The position numbers were made by a program, and so were the translations under genes. Source: a virus. From it: a stretch of DNA of 29,767 nt. The notes beneath the pieces were generated by a model. That model worked only from the letters and a program-made list of their open reading frames with translations. It was not told where the DNA came from and ran no database searches. The stretch's first letter is position 1, and each line of letters begins with the position of its first letter. Shown one piece after another: positions 1 to 9,362 of this stretch. The DNA lies in the IMG/VR virus record IMGVR_UViG_3300044615_000893; one strand, given 5' to 3'.

Positions 1-127
1 CGATGGTGCTTCAGGCCACCGACCCCGAGGCCAAGGACTTCGCCCTGCGTTACCTCCGCCCGGTCTGGAACAACTGCCCGCCGGTGAAGGCGCGTCTTTC
101 GGGCGACGACCTCGACCGCTCGACCAC
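1..127. repeat. Terminal overlap, copy 1 (identical to 29641..29767). Signature of a circularly closed assembly.
   Basis: Read directly: nt 1-127 (cgatggtgcttcaggcc...ctcgaccgctcgaccac) recur base-for-base at 29641-29767. The overlap lies inside the terL reading frame. Confidence 0.95.
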
Positions 128-1508
128 GGCGGACTTCGACCGCATGACGCTTTACTGCCGCGGCATCTGGAACGAGGCCAACCTTCAGCGCCTGTCCCTG
201 CGTTACACCATCGCCGACGAGTGCTGGATGGCACCGCCTGGACACTTGGCCGAACTGAGCGCGCGCGTGACGGCGTTCGGTTGGATGGGCAAACGCATCT
301 TCCTATCCCAGGGCGGACGCGCTGGGCAGGAGTTCCATCAGCTGCACGAGACGACGGACCAGCGTGATTGGAACATGAGGTGCCCGAAGTGCGACCACCT
401 TCAGCCGTGGGTCTGGGAACAGATCAGGTTCCCCGAGGATGCCAAGGCCACCGGCACATGGGACTTGCACAAGGTCAGCGTCGGCACGACCTACGAGTGC
501 GCGGCCTGCCGCACGCTCCTGCCCGACACGAACGCCAGCCGCCTTGAGGCTAACGCCCGCGGAACCTTCGTCGCTACGTCGGTCGCCGCCAACTCCGGGC
601 ACATCGGTCTGCATTGGAACAGCCTTGCGACGATGAGCTGGGGCGAGCTGGGCGTGCTGATGCTCAAGGCCAAGGAGTCTGTCGACCAATACGGCGACGA
701 GGAACCGCGGCGCATCTTCAAGCAGAAGCGTCTGGCCATGCCCTGGAGCGAAGAGGGCGGCGAGATGGTGGCGCTGGCTGAGGCAGCCAACTACAAGATG
801 GCCGACCCTTGGGACGCAGAGGCCGCGATCACCCCGAAGGCCCGCGTCGTCGAGCAGAAGGACGCCGTGCCCGGGAGCATCCCTTTCCGCACGATGGGGG
901 TCGACGTCCAACGTGGTCACTTCTGGGTGACTGTCCGCCGCTGGGCCAAGACCGGGCATAGCCGCCTGATGGCCTTCGCCCGCATCGACTCATGGGGCAA
1001 CGTCGAAGCCTTCGCAAAGCAAATGGGGGTCCATAATGCCATGATTTTGGTGGATAGCGGAGACAACACCCAAGAGGTCTACCGCGAGACAGCCAAGCGC
1101 AACTGGAAGACCGCCAAGGGCTCAGGCTCCGACGACTTCGCCGTCACCGACAAGTCCGGCAAAACGACCCGCCGCTTCTATTCCGAGAAGCAGTCTATCG
1201 TCGTCCCTGGCATCCCGCAGCGGGCCATCCTAATCGTCCACAGTGCGACGGCCGGCAAAGACCTCCTGCACGGCCTGCGGGCTCGCCGCGTCTGGACCTA
1301 TGCAATCGACGCAACCGAGGAGTATGCTTCTCAGCTGAGCGCCGAGGTGCGCGTAAAGGATAAACGCACCGGCAAGCCCATGTGGATTCTTCCCCAGGGC
1401 AAGAAGGACAACCACGCCATGGACTGCGAAATCCTCGCCCTGCTGGCCGCCGTCCGCTGGGGCATCGCCGGGCGGGAAACTGCCGAAACCGACTTGCAAC
1501 CGTCATGA
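3..1508 (+). CDS. terL: Terminase large subunit, lambda gpA (GpA) type. This is the C-terminal 501 codons; the gene wraps the contig junction and its N-terminus is at 29361..29767.
   Basis: Long ORF with a CxxC...CxxC zinc-ribbon (RCPKCDH...YECAACR) as in gpA-family terminases. It is followed by gpW-like, portal and S49 protease genes, which is the lambda head-gene order. It is in frame with 29361.. across the overlap (both coordinates are 0 mod 3). Joined length is 595 aa. Confidence 0.9.
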   Translation: MVLQATDPEAKDFALRYLRPVWNNCPPVKARLSGDDLDRSTTADFDRMTLYCRGIWNEANLQRLSLRYTIADECWMAPPGHLAELSARVTAFGWMGKRIFLSQGGRAGQEFHQLHETTDQRDWNMRCPKCDHLQPWVWEQIRFPEDAKATGTWDLHKVSVGTTYECAACRTLLPDTNASRLEANARGTFVATSVAANSGHIGLHWNSLATMSWGELGVLMLKAKESVDQYGDEEPRRIFKQKRLAMPWSEEGGEMVALAEAANYKMADPWDAEAAITPKARVVEQKDAVPGSIPFRTMGVDVQRGHFWVTVRRWAKTGHSRLMAFARIDSWGNVEAFAKQMGVHNAMILVDSGDNTQEVYRETAKRNWKTAKGSGSDDFAVTDKSGKTTRRFYSEKQSIVVPGIPQRAILIVHSATAGKDLLHGLRARRVWTYAIDATEEYASQLSAEVRVKDKRTGKPMWILPQGKKDNHAMDCEILALLAAVRWGIAGRETAETDLQPS

Positions 1509-1621
1509 CCCTTGGCACGCTATATGCAAGGGTACGCCGTTTAGTGTCGTGGGAGGAAGAGACCTATGGCGTGGGCTGGGCGGCGTACCCCCTCTCGGGC
1601 TTCCATTCTCGGCAAGTTTAA

Positions 1622-1876
1622 ATGGCTCAAGGACTATTCATCGGCCTCACTGAATGCGAACTCCTTGCGATCAAGGAGAAGGCTGTCGCCCTCATTACCG
1701 AGGGGAAGACTCTTATGAGTTACAGTGACTCCGGTTCGAGTGCGAGCCGTCAGATGGTTCTCCCCGCCAAAGAAATGTTGAGCGAGGCCCTACTGGCCCT
1801 ATCGAGGCTAGACCCTGCCACCTACGGCTATCGTCGCACGATCATCTCGACCGACTGGCAGAACCGTCAGGACTAA
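1622..1876 (+). CDS. gpW-like head-tail joining / head completion protein
   Basis: 84-aa ORF between terL and portal, the position of lambda W. The N-terminal helix LTECELLAIKEKAVALITEGK followed by a short beta-like segment resembles gpW (recalled from memory). Confidence 0.5.
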   Translation: MAQGLFIGLTECELLAIKEKAVALITEGKTLMSYSDSGSSASRQMVLPAKEMLSEALLALSRLDPATYGYRRTIISTDWQNRQD

Positions 1877-1881
1877 TTTCC

Positions 1882-3408
1882 ATGGCCATCCGCAAGAAGA
1901 TTAAGACCGTCAGCCTGCGTCCCAAGCCGGTGACGCCTGCCCCGACCGCCCCGCAGCCGCAGGCTTCCTACGGCGATTGGCAGAGCATCGGCGTGACGCG
2001 TGCCCGCCGTGCGGCCTACGGTGCGGAGCCCCGTGACCTCCGCCGTGACCTGACGCCCTACGACCGCCTGACGATGGTCCGCAAGTGCCGCTGGGCCGAG
2101 CGTAACTCCGGGCTGTTCAAGCAAATCCTTGCGGACATCTGCCTCTACACCGTGGGCGACGGCATCAAGCCGCAGAGCCACGCGTCGACCCCTGAGATGC
2201 AGGAACGCTACGAGGCGTACTTCGCCGAGAAGGCCAAGCGCATCGACATCACGAACCGCTTCAGTTTCTACCAGGCTCAGTCCATCCTTCTCCGCGGCAT
2301 GATCCGCGACGGTGATTCCTTCGCCGCCAAGGTGCGTAACGGCGCCGGGGAAGCGAAACTCCAGCTGATGGAAGCCCACCGCGTCGGCGACCCTCTTGAA
2401 GGCAAGGTGCCCGAGGGTATGCATGACGGCATCCAGTTCGGTCCGTATGGCGAGTATATCGCCGTGAACATCTACCGTTCCGACGGCTCGTCCCGCCAAA
2501 TCCTCGCCCAGTCGATGATGATGGTGGTCGACCAGGAGTACGCGTCCGGCGCTCGTGGCGTCCCCCTGCTCCAGCACTCCATCAACTCCATCCAAGACGA
2601 GATGGAAATCTTGGCCCTCGAGAAGCAGGCCGTGAAGGACAACGGCGACGTGACCCGCATCATCAAAAAGGCGGGCGGCATCATCGACGGCGACATGGCC
2701 AACGAACTCGGCGCGACGGGTGCCGGTTCCTACTCCAACCTCGCCAACACGATGGGCGGCAAACTCATCGCCCTTGAGCCCGGGGAGGATATGACGTCCT
2801 TCCAGAGCAACCGCCCGAACGCCACCTTCACCGGCTTCCTCGCGGCGCTCGAACGCGACATCTCCCAGGGCGTCCTGCCTTACGAGTTCGTCGGCGACTC
2901 CTCCAAGCTCGGCGGCGCCACTGTCCGCCTCATCACTGCCAAGGCTGGCCGCGTCTTCTCGAAGTATCAGACCATCATGATCGAGAACTTCTGCGTTCCG
3001 ACGTGGGGTTACATTATCGGCCAAGGCATCGCCGCCGGCGAACTGCCCGACGACCCGGATTGGAACCGCGTCTCCTGGACGACCCCGAAGTCCGTCACCG
3101 TTGACGCTGGCCGCGAAGCCGCGAACGACCGTGCCGACGTCGAGATGGGCCTGCTGTCCATGTCCGAACTCTACGCCCAGCGCGGCCTAGACTTCCGCAC
3201 CGAGATGGCCAAGCGAGCCGCCGACATGGTGCACATCAAGGACTTGGCGGAAGAGTACGGCATCCCGTTTGAACTTCTGTTCCGTCCGTCCAACACCCCG
3301 GTCGGCACGATCAGCGGCGACGTGGAGGAAGGCCCCGAGTCTCCCGAGATGGAGGACGAACCCGCTGACCAGGAAGAGCCCGAAGAGCTCGACCAACCCA
3401 ATTCCTAA
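1882..3408 (+). CDS. Portal protein, lambda gpB type
   Basis: 508-aa ORF directly after terL/gpW and before the S49 protease. It has the acidic C-terminal tail (EEGPESPEMEDEPADQEEPEELD) typical of portals. Start sits in a ttccATGGCC context. Confidence 0.85.
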   Translation: MAIRKKIKTVSLRPKPVTPAPTAPQPQASYGDWQSIGVTRARRAAYGAEPRDLRRDLTPYDRLTMVRKCRWAERNSGLFKQILADICLYTVGDGIKPQSHASTPEMQERYEAYFAEKAKRIDITNRFSFYQAQSILLRGMIRDGDSFAAKVRNGAGEAKLQLMEAHRVGDPLEGKVPEGMHDGIQFGPYGEYIAVNIYRSDGSSRQILAQSMMMVVDQEYASGARGVPLLQHSINSIQDEMEILALEKQAVKDNGDVTRIIKKAGGIIDGDMANELGATGAGSYSNLANTMGGKLIALEPGEDMTSFQSNRPNATFTGFLAALERDISQGVLPYEFVGDSSKLGGATVRLITAKAGRVFSKYQTIMIENFCVPTWGYIIGQGIAAGELPDDPDWNRVSWTTPKSVTVDAGREAANDRADVEMGLLSMSELYAQRGLDFRTEMAKRAADMVHIKDLAEEYGIPFELLFRPSNTPVGTISGDVEEGPESPEMEDEPADQEEPEELDQPNS

Positions 3409-3412
3409 GACC

Positions 3413-4198
3413 ATGCGTTTCCTCACCAACGGACTGTCGGGCCGCGAGCCCCTTCTCATCGACCCGACCAAGGCAAAGGACCACGCTGTCCTCGCTGAAA
3501 AGTTCGGCTTCACCGATATGCTTGCGCAGCTCTTCGGCGTGGCCCCCAAGCCCTACGTCGTCGATGGCATCGGCATCATCCCGGTCGTCGGCGTGATCGG
3601 CAAGGGCCTGTCCCCGCTTGAGAAGATGATGGGCGCCGTGGACGTGAACGAAGTCTCTGAGGCCCTCGATGCGTTCGCCGCGAACCCCGAGGTCGAGAAG
3701 GTCGCCCTGCAAATCTCCTCCCCTGGTGGCACGGTCACCGGCGTCGAGGAACTGGCCAACAAGGTCCGCAACTACGGCAAGCCTACCCTCGCTTACACGG
3801 ACTCCGAGATGGCGTCCGCCGCCTATTGGATTGGCTCCGCTGCCGACCGCGTCGTCGCCAGCCCCTCCAGCACCGTCGGCTCCATCGGAGTCTACATGGC
3901 CATCCCTGACTACTCCGAAGCCGCCAAGATGGCAGGCATCAAGATGGTCGTCATCAAGTCCGGCAAGTTCAAGGGCGCTGGCATCGAAGGCACGTCCCTC
4001 GACGAAGGCCAACTGGGCAACCTTCAAGCTGGCGTCGACACGATCCACGCCGAGTTCAAGGAAGCCGTGAACATGAAGCGCAAGATGGTGAAGGCCGAGG
4101 CCATGGAAGGTCAGGTCTTCTCCGGCAAGCAGGCCGCCGCCCAGGGCTTAGTGACTGGCTTGGCCGACTCTTTCAACGACGCCCTGCGTTCGTTCTAA
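3413..4198 (+). CDS. Prohead serine protease, S49 (SppA / lambda gpC-like) family
   Basis: S49 motifs ISSPGGTVTG and SEMASAAYWIGSAADRV..SSTVGSIGV are present. The track ORF 3269..4198 is trimmed to the ATG at 3413 (same frame), just after the portal stop at 3408. Confidence 0.85.
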   Translation: MRFLTNGLSGREPLLIDPTKAKDHAVLAEKFGFTDMLAQLFGVAPKPYVVDGIGIIPVVGVIGKGLSPLEKMMGAVDVNEVSEALDAFAANPEVEKVALQISSPGGTVTGVEELANKVRNYGKPTLAYTDSEMASAAYWIGSAADRVVASPSSTVGSIGVYMAIPDYSEAAKMAGIKMVVIKSGKFKGAGIEGTSLDEGQLGNLQAGVDTIHAEFKEAVNMKRKMVKAEAMEGQVFSGKQAAAQGLVTGLADSFNDALRSF

Positions 4199-4220
4199 TT
4201 CCATTAACCGCAAATCTAAG

Positions 4221-4661
4221 ATGACCATCGAAGAGCAACTCCTCGCCGCCACCGCCGCTGTCTCTGGCCTTACCGCCGAGCGCGACGACCTCCGCACCAC
4301 TGTCGAGAAGATGACGGTCGGCGTCTCTGCCGAACTCGAAAGCCTCAAGGTCGAAGCCGCGTCCAAGGACGCCAAGCTCGCCGAACTGACCGCCGCCCTC
4401 GAAGTGGCCGTCAAGGAGTCCGAATCCTTCAAGGCCCTCGTCGAGCAGCACGAAGCCAGCAAGGTCAGCGCCTCCAAGGAAGCCGCCAAGATCGTGGCCT
4501 CCGTCGGCGTGTCCCCGGTCGAACTCAGCCCTGCGGATGGCAAGCCCACCGCCGAAGCCGTCGACCACCTCGCCACCTTCATGTCCCTGCCGGTAGGCTC
4601 CAAGGAGCGTAACGAATACTTCGCCGCTCATAAGCACGCCATCATCAAGGCGGCCATCTAA
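4221..4661 (+). CDS. Scaffolding protein (candidate)
   Basis: 146-aa Ala/Glu/Lys-rich, predicted helical coiled-coil protein located between the protease and the major capsid gene. Confidence 0.6.
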   Translation: MTIEEQLLAATAAVSGLTAERDDLRTTVEKMTVGVSAELESLKVEAASKDAKLAELTAALEVAVKESESFKALVEQHEASKVSASKEAAKIVASVGVSPVELSPADGKPTAEAVDHLATFMSLPVGSKERNEYFAAHKHAIIKAAI

Positions 4662-4694
4662 TTTCCCTCAACCCTCACCCTATCCTAACACATC

Positions 4695-5564
4695 ATGGCT
4701 AACTCCATCGCAGTCGCTCCCAGCATCCTCGCTGAAAGCGTCATCGCTTCCCTCAAGGGCAAGCTCCCGGCCCTCCGCGCCTTCTCGTCCGTCTTCACCG
4801 CTGCCGAATCCGGCGCCGGCAAGACGGTCCAGGTTCCGCTGATCGGCACCTCCACCGCCACCGAGTTCTCGACCGGCGGCTACCTCACCCAGGACGACGC
4901 GACGATCACCGCCGCCAACGTCACCCTCAAGCACTTCAAGGTGTCGAGCCGCTTCTCGCCCCTCGACGTCAAGATGTATGGCGCTCAGTTCCTCTCGAAC
5001 GCCTTCGTCCCGACCGCCGCCAACGCCCTCGCTGAAAAGTGCCTCGCTGAAATCGGCGCCCTCATCACCGTCGCGAACTTCGCTTCTGGCACGAACACCG
5101 GTGCCGCCCTGACCTACGCTGAAGTCGTCGCCTCCAAGGGCGTGCTCGACGCCGCCAAGGCCGCTGAACCCCGCGCGTTCATCCTGAACCCGACCTACGC
5201 CAACGGCCTCCTCGGCGACGCCACCATCATCGGCAACTCCGTCCTCGGTGCTGGCATCCTGACCTCCGGCCAGATCGGCACCCTCGCTGGCGCCTCGGTC
5301 TACCAGTGGAACAGCCTCCCTGCCAACGCGGAAAGCCTCGCTGGCTTCTCGTGCGGCGCTGACGCCATCGCTGTCGCCTCGGCCCTCCCGATGTCCGAAA
5401 TCCCGGGCTTCGAAGTCGCCAACGCTGTCGACGCCGACACCGGCCTCGGCGTCCAGGTCCTCATGGGCCAGGAGCAGAGCGGTTACTACAACGTCACCGC
5501 CACGCTGCTCTTCGGTGCCGCTGTCGGTCGCGCGACCTCGCTCAACCGCCTCACCACGGCCTAA
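4695..5564 (+). CDS. Major capsid protein
   Basis: 289-aa ORF after the scaffold in a lambda-like head module. It has very strong G/C-ending codon bias, consistent with high expression. The N-terminus MANSIAVAPSILAESVIASLKGKLPALRAF..GKTVQVP resembles P22-coat-like capsid families (from memory). It is followed by an intrinsic terminator. Confidence 0.7.
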   Translation: MANSIAVAPSILAESVIASLKGKLPALRAFSSVFTAAESGAGKTVQVPLIGTSTATEFSTGGYLTQDDATITAANVTLKHFKVSSRFSPLDVKMYGAQFLSNAFVPTAANALAEKCLAEIGALITVANFASGTNTGAALTYAEVVASKGVLDAAKAAEPRAFILNPTYANGLLGDATIIGNSVLGAGILTSGQIGTLAGASVYQWNSLPANAESLAGFSCGADAIAVASALPMSEIPGFEVANAVDADTGLGVQVLMGQEQSGYYNVTATLLFGAAVGRATSLNRLTTA

Positions 5565-5589
5565 TCAGCCGCCGCAAGGCAAACAAACG

Positions 5590-5616
5590 AGGCTCCCAGC
5601 AATGGGGGCCTTTTTT
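5590..5616 (+). terminator. Rho-independent terminator downstream of the major capsid gene
   Basis: 8-bp stem aggctccc/gggggcct (one G-U pair), 6-nt loop agcaat, then a run of six T (5611-5616). Confidence 0.75.
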
Positions 5617-5646
5617 GTGCCCCCTACCAATCCGGGCAAGTATAGG

Positions 5647-6027
5647 ATGAGCCTCTACGGAACCGAGTTTCTCAACGACGCCAAAGAGATGGTGGCGGAC
5701 TTCGGCGTGGCCGGGTCGGCCAACTCTGGCGCCATCACCTTCTCCTGCCTTATCTCCGACCCTGCCGTCTCGACCGTGCTCGAAGCAGGGGGGTATATGG
5801 AGCGGACCCAATACTCTGTCCGCCTCCCCGCTGTAACGGCCTCCTGGAGCCAGCCAGACGGGTCTATTGGGGCATCGGCGGCCCTACTGTCCTCGGGTGC
5901 CCCCATCGCCTCCCTTGCCCAGGGGAAGAAGATCGTGGCCGGAGGTAAGACCGTCCGCATCACCAGCCAGACCTACAAGCCCGGGTCGGCATGGATCACG
6001 CTGTTGGTTATCGACGATAATCAATAA
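5647..6027 (+). CDS. Hypothetical virion protein (head-tail connector region)
   Basis: Track ORF 5515..6027 trimmed to the ATG at 5647 (same frame), downstream of the terminator. Good codon bias. Function inferred from position only. Confidence 0.5.
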   Translation: MSLYGTEFLNDAKEMVADFGVAGSANSGAITFSCLISDPAVSTVLEAGGYMERTQYSVRLPAVTASWSQPDGSIGASAALLSSGAPIASLAQGKKIVAGGKTVRITSQTYKPGSAWITLLVIDDNQ

Positions 6028-6031
6028 GGCC

Positions 6032-6979
6032 ATGGTGACGGTATCCGTTAACCCGAAGTCTATGGCCGACTTCATGGCCATGCTTCAGCGCCTCTCAGCT
6101 GAGACCGGCATGGCTGAGAAGGACACGGCCAAGAAGCAGGCAGCCCTAATCTGCGAAGACTTGGCCCGCTTCACTCCGCCCCTGGTCAAGGGCGGCGGCG
6201 GCGGCCTGACCAAGAAGGCTGAGACGGCTGGTAATGAAGCCATCGCCGGGGACACGCGCAAGATGTTCATCGCTATCGGCGACCGCAATCCGAACAGCCA
6301 GAAGGCCGCGGTCTTCCGCAGCTTGTCCCACGCGGCCAAGACAAACAACCGGGCGACCTTCGACAAGATTGTCCGCAAGTCCAGCATCCAGTCCCTGAGC
6401 ATCTCGCCGATCATGACGAAGATACTCAATGACCCCGACCATACCCGGGCTTTCCTCAAGGCCAAGAACTACCTCAACCGCGTCCCCACTAAGTCTAACA
6501 CTTACGGCTTCGACACCGTGACAGACCTCAAGGCCGAGCATAACGCTATCAAGGGCAAGTTCGGCGGACGCATCAAAAGGAATCAGCGCATCGGCCAACC
6601 GCGTCAGCTCGTCGAAAGCAAGAAGGCATTGGATGATTACGTGGCTACCCGCCAGGTCGAGGTAGGTCGCGTAAAGGCTGGCTGGCTGCGGGCCCTGCTT
6701 ACCCTGCCAATGCCATCGGGCAAGAACGGCCCTAGGAACTTCGGCGCCGACCTTCGCAAGGCGACCTATATCGCCCGGCACGCTGGGGCTGGCGGCTACT
6801 CCCGCGTCGTCGAGACGGGCAAGGAATACATGATCACCATCGGCAACCTTATGGGCAATGTGAACTCCATTGCCAGCGAGGCCAACGCCCTGAACCTTGC
6901 CCTGGCTAACCGCGAGACGCAGATGGCCAGCGACCTCAAAGGCTACATCGAGCGCATGAAGCGTCGGAATAAGGTCTAA
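6032..6979 (+). CDS. Hypothetical virion structural protein (neck/head-completion region)
   Basis: Track ORF 5867..6979 trimmed to the ATG at 6032 (ggccATGGTG), 2 nt after the preceding stop. 315 aa with no motif I recognise. Confidence 0.5.
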   Translation: MVTVSVNPKSMADFMAMLQRLSAETGMAEKDTAKKQAALICEDLARFTPPLVKGGGGGLTKKAETAGNEAIAGDTRKMFIAIGDRNPNSQKAAVFRSLSHAAKTNNRATFDKIVRKSSIQSLSISPIMTKILNDPDHTRAFLKAKNYLNRVPTKSNTYGFDTVTDLKAEHNAIKGKFGGRIKRNQRIGQPRQLVESKKALDDYVATRQVEVGRVKAGWLRALLTLPMPSGKNGPRNFGADLRKATYIARHAGAGGYSRVVETGKEYMITIGNLMGNVNSIASEANALNLALANRETQMASDLKGYIERMKRRNKV

Positions 6980-7003
6980 CCTCCCAAAGCGGGCAAAGGT
7001 ACA

Positions 7004-7435
7004 ATGGGTACGAAGAGCATTAGGCATATCGTGGAGGCCACCTTGGCCACCTACCTATCCACCCAGACCGGGCTGACCACCGTGGCCTTCCTGACGGGCG
7101 ACAGCGCCGCGACCCAGACCCTGCCCAAGGCCGTGGTCCTTTGCGAGTCTGCGCGGAGCCCTAACGACCTCCCCGAAGGCCTCGGTAACTACGCCTGCTC
7201 GGTCCGCATCACCCTCTTCTCAAACGCCGACGACACGACCCTCGCCGATCACCGTGCCCGCTGCGCCGCCCTGTCCGGCAATATGCGTGACCTGACCAGC
7301 ATCAAGGCGGCCTTCGTGGCCTCGACCGACGCGGCCTGTTACGACGTCACGATGCAGTCCGAAGACGAGGGCATCGACGAGCGCTCCTGGGCGACTTCCT
7401 TCTCGTTTGACGTGCTGGTCGTCCTGCCCGCCTGA
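7004..7435 (+). CDS. Tail completion / head-tail joining protein (DUF3168-like candidate)
   Basis: 143 aa, immediately upstream of the tail-tube candidate. The pattern IRHIVEATLATYLS...LPKAVVLCES resembles DUF3168/gpU-like tail terminators (from memory). Confidence 0.4.
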   Translation: MGTKSIRHIVEATLATYLSTQTGLTTVAFLTGDSAATQTLPKAVVLCESARSPNDLPEGLGNYACSVRITLFSNADDTTLADHRARCAALSGNMRDLTSIKAAFVASTDAACYDVTMQSEDEGIDERSWATSFSFDVLVVLPA

Positions 7436-7461
7436 CCTAATTCCAAAGCCCGCAATTACAA

Positions 7462-7842
7462 ATGGCCGCCATCTCAAACGGAACCACCTGCGTCTACGGT
7501 ATCGCGGGTACTGTCACGAACCTCTTCGTCCAGAGCTACAGCCTCTCGTCCTCGTTTAATAACGAGGCCACGGTCATCAGCGAAGCCGGTCTGACGGTCA
7601 CGCACCGCCTCGACGACCGCAAGTCCGAGATCACCGTCGACGGCATCGCCAAGACCTCGTCTATCCCTACCCTCGGGTCCACGCTCACATTTACGGTCAA
7701 CACTCAGTCCGCATATCCTGCTGGCTCGGCTTCGGCTAGCTTCACTGGTGTGATCACGAAGGTAGACGATAAGGGCTCTAGCCAAGGTTTCACCAGCGTC
7801 TCAGTGACTGCTGTCGATTTCGAAGGCATCTCCTACGCGTAA
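7462..7842 (+). CDS. Major tail (tube) protein candidate, small type
   Basis: 126-aa Ser/Thr/Val-rich, beta-type ORF in the slot before the chaperone-like and tape-measure-like genes. A GC hairpin follows it. Confidence 0.4.
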   Translation: MAAISNGTTCVYGIAGTVTNLFVQSYSLSSSFNNEATVISEAGLTVTHRLDDRKSEITVDGIAKTSSIPTLGSTLTFTVNTQSAYPAGSASASFTGVITKVDDKGSSQGFTSVSVTAVDFEGISYA

Positions 7843-7848
7843 TTGACA

Positions 7849-7863
7849 CCCCCGAAAAGGGGG
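7849..7863 (+). terminator. GC hairpin after the tail-tube candidate (possible attenuator; no U-tract)
   Basis: ccccc-gaaaa-ggggg lies directly after the stop at 7840-7842. No T-run follows. Confidence 0.2.
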
Positions 7864-7877
7864 CAGTCTAAAGGATA

Positions 7878-8471
7878 GTGGACCGCCGCTTCCTCAACGC
7901 TCACGTCGACCCGGCTCCTTTCAGGATTCTGGGTCGAACTCTTTACCCCTGGTGCCTCAAGTACCGGGTGCGCCTGATGGCCTTCGACTCCCCGCTGGTC
8001 ACCGGGTCGCGAGGGGTCACGCCTGCCGACCTTATCTTTGCCTGCCAAGTGTGCGCCGAAGAGCCCTTGGGCGACATCGGCTGGCGGGACCGAATCCGCA
8101 TCCTTGTCCTTAACCGCAATTCGATACGCTTTGAGCGCCTGCTTAAAGCCTTTGCGGAATACATTCTGGTCCAAGACTGGCCGAAGTTCTGGGAGCAGAC
8201 CAAGACCAAGTCAGGGGGCGGTGACAAAGGGGTGCCTTGGCCGCTGTCCATCGTAGCCAACCTGATTGCCAATGGCATCACCGAGCAGCGGGCTTGGGAA
8301 ATGCCAGAGTGCCAAGCCATCTGGCTTAACTCCGCCCTGGCCATCCGCAAGGGTGCCGACGTGGCGATCATGTCGCCCGAGGAAGAAGCCTTCATGGCCG
8401 AAGAGGAAGCCAAAGACAAAGAGGCCGCAGCCGCGGCTGCTTCCAATCCGGCAAAGGAAAGCACCCCCTGA
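7878..8471 (+). CDS. Tail assembly chaperone candidate
   Basis: 197-aa ORF (GTG start) between the tube and tape-measure candidates, with an acidic C-terminus (EEEAFMAEEEAKDKE). Assignment by position only. Confidence 0.3.
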   Translation: MDRRFLNAHVDPAPFRILGRTLYPWCLKYRVRLMAFDSPLVTGSRGVTPADLIFACQVCAEEPLGDIGWRDRIRILVLNRNSIRFERLLKAFAEYILVQDWPKFWEQTKTKSGGGDKGVPWPLSIVANLIANGITEQRAWEMPECQAIWLNSALAIRKGADVAIMSPEEEAFMAEEEAKDKEAAAAAASNPAKESTP

Positions 8472-8472
8472 C

Positions 8473-9360
8473 ATGGCCCAAGACCTGACAGTCAACATCA
8501 AGACGACCTCCGAAGTCCCGCAAGCGATGGACAAGGCCAAGTCCGCCACCGTCTCTTTCTCCAAGCAAGTCGAGGACATCCAGAAGAAGTTTTCGACTAG
8601 CTTCAAAGACATCTTCCTAGGCTTCGCGGCCCCGATGGTCCTCATTCAGGGCACGATCAGTGCCATCAGCGGAGCCATCGAAGATGCTAGGCGTAAGGCT
8701 CAGGAAGGTTTGGACCTGATGGCTAAGGGCGACAGCATGTTCGTCTCATCTCACGAAAAGCGCATGGCCGCTTTCTTCAAGGAACGCCAGGAGCGGGAAA
8801 AGGAAAGTGAATCCGCGAAGGCCGGACGAGCTGAAGTCACTCGGCAATTTCTCCTGCAAACAGAGGAAGGCAGGAAACTACGCAGGGAACTGATCAGCGA
8901 AAACCTCGGCAACTATCTTATCAACCCCCTCTTCACGACCAATATGTCGAAGCAGGAAGACGTGCAGAAACGTGCCTTCGACATCTGGTCCCAGTCGCCA
9001 GAAGGCAAGGCCGCGGCGCAATGGGAAGACACCCAGCGTAAGCAGAAGGAGGCCGCCGACCGCACCAAGAAAGAGGAAGAAGCCGCCAAGATTAAGACCC
9101 CGACGACCGTTCCAAAGGACAGCCCGACCATCCCTGGCTCAGTCTCCGGCAACGTGATCGGAGTCGGCGCCAACCCGGTCGTGACTGCTCTTCAGGAACA
9201 GCAAGCCATCGCCAAGGCATCCCTGACTCAGCTTGAAATTATCGCCGCACAGTTCGGCTATGCCGCCACCTACAAGGACGTTACCGCGTCAGGCGCCACG
9301 CCTCAGACCCCTGCCAATGCTTCCCCTTCTAGGGCAGCCCTTCTAACCAAAAACAAATAA
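8473..9360 (+). CDS. Tape measure protein candidate (short, 295 aa)
   Basis: Track ORF 8266..9360 trimmed to the ATG at 8473 (tgacATGGCC), 1 nt after the preceding stop. It has a hydrophobic segment FLGFAAPMVLIQGTISAISGAI followed by long charged helical stretches, as in tape measures. Confidence 0.45.
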   Translation: MAQDLTVNIKTTSEVPQAMDKAKSATVSFSKQVEDIQKKFSTSFKDIFLGFAAPMVLIQGTISAISGAIEDARRKAQEGLDLMAKGDSMFVSSHEKRMAAFFKERQEREKESESAKAGRAEVTRQFLLQTEEGRKLRRELISENLGNYLINPLFTTNMSKQEDVQKRAFDIWSQSPEGKAAAQWEDTQRKQKEAADRTKKEEEAAKIKTPTTVPKDSPTIPGSVSGNVIGVGANPVVTALQEQQAIAKASLTQLEIIAAQFGYAATYKDVTASGATPQTPANASPSRAALLTKNK

Positions 9361-9362
9361 CC

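Noticed and set aside
1-127. The terminal 127-nt repeat interpreted as a physical direct terminal repeat of the virion DNA.
   Set aside because: It lies inside the terL coding sequence, its length equals a common assembler k-mer, and a gpA/Nu1-type terminase predicts cos ends rather than DTRs. It is treated as a circularisation artefact pending read-level analysis.
1873-3024. Long minus-strand ORFs: 1873..3024 (383 aa), 22753..23658 (301 aa), 6146..7027 (293 aa), 3311..4048, 23856..24554, 303..959 and others.
   Set aside because: Each lies antisense to a + strand gene with recognisable motifs. Their translations are Gly/Arg/Asp/Val/Leu-rich low-complexity sequence typical of shadow frames at this GC content. 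With about 3% stop-codon frequency, several ORFs of this length are expected by chance in 30 kb.
3269-3412. N-terminal extensions of track ORFs: 3269, 5515, 5867, 8266, 14795, 15501, 16725, 21312, 21832 and 22606.
   Set aside because: The extensions overlap the preceding gene and translate to Pro/Arg/Ser-rich sequence. In each case an in-frame ATG/GTG sits at or just after the upstream stop, and I used that as the start.
5602-5646. Alternative upstream start (MGAFFVPP..., ATG at 5602) for the gene after the capsid terminator.
   Set aside because: That ATG lies inside the terminator hairpin/T-run. The ATG at 5647 is the first start clear of the structure.
8296-8302. GGGAAAT heptamer inside the chaperone-like gene, as a possible lambda G/GT-type -1 frameshift site. 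The tape-measure frame is also open for 207 nt upstream of its ATG.
   Set aside because: The heptamer is not in the X_XXY_YYZ phase of the 7878 frame (codons read TGG GAA ATG). The open downstream frame is +1, not -1, and its overlap translation is Pro/Arg-rich. The -1 frame has no ORF here.
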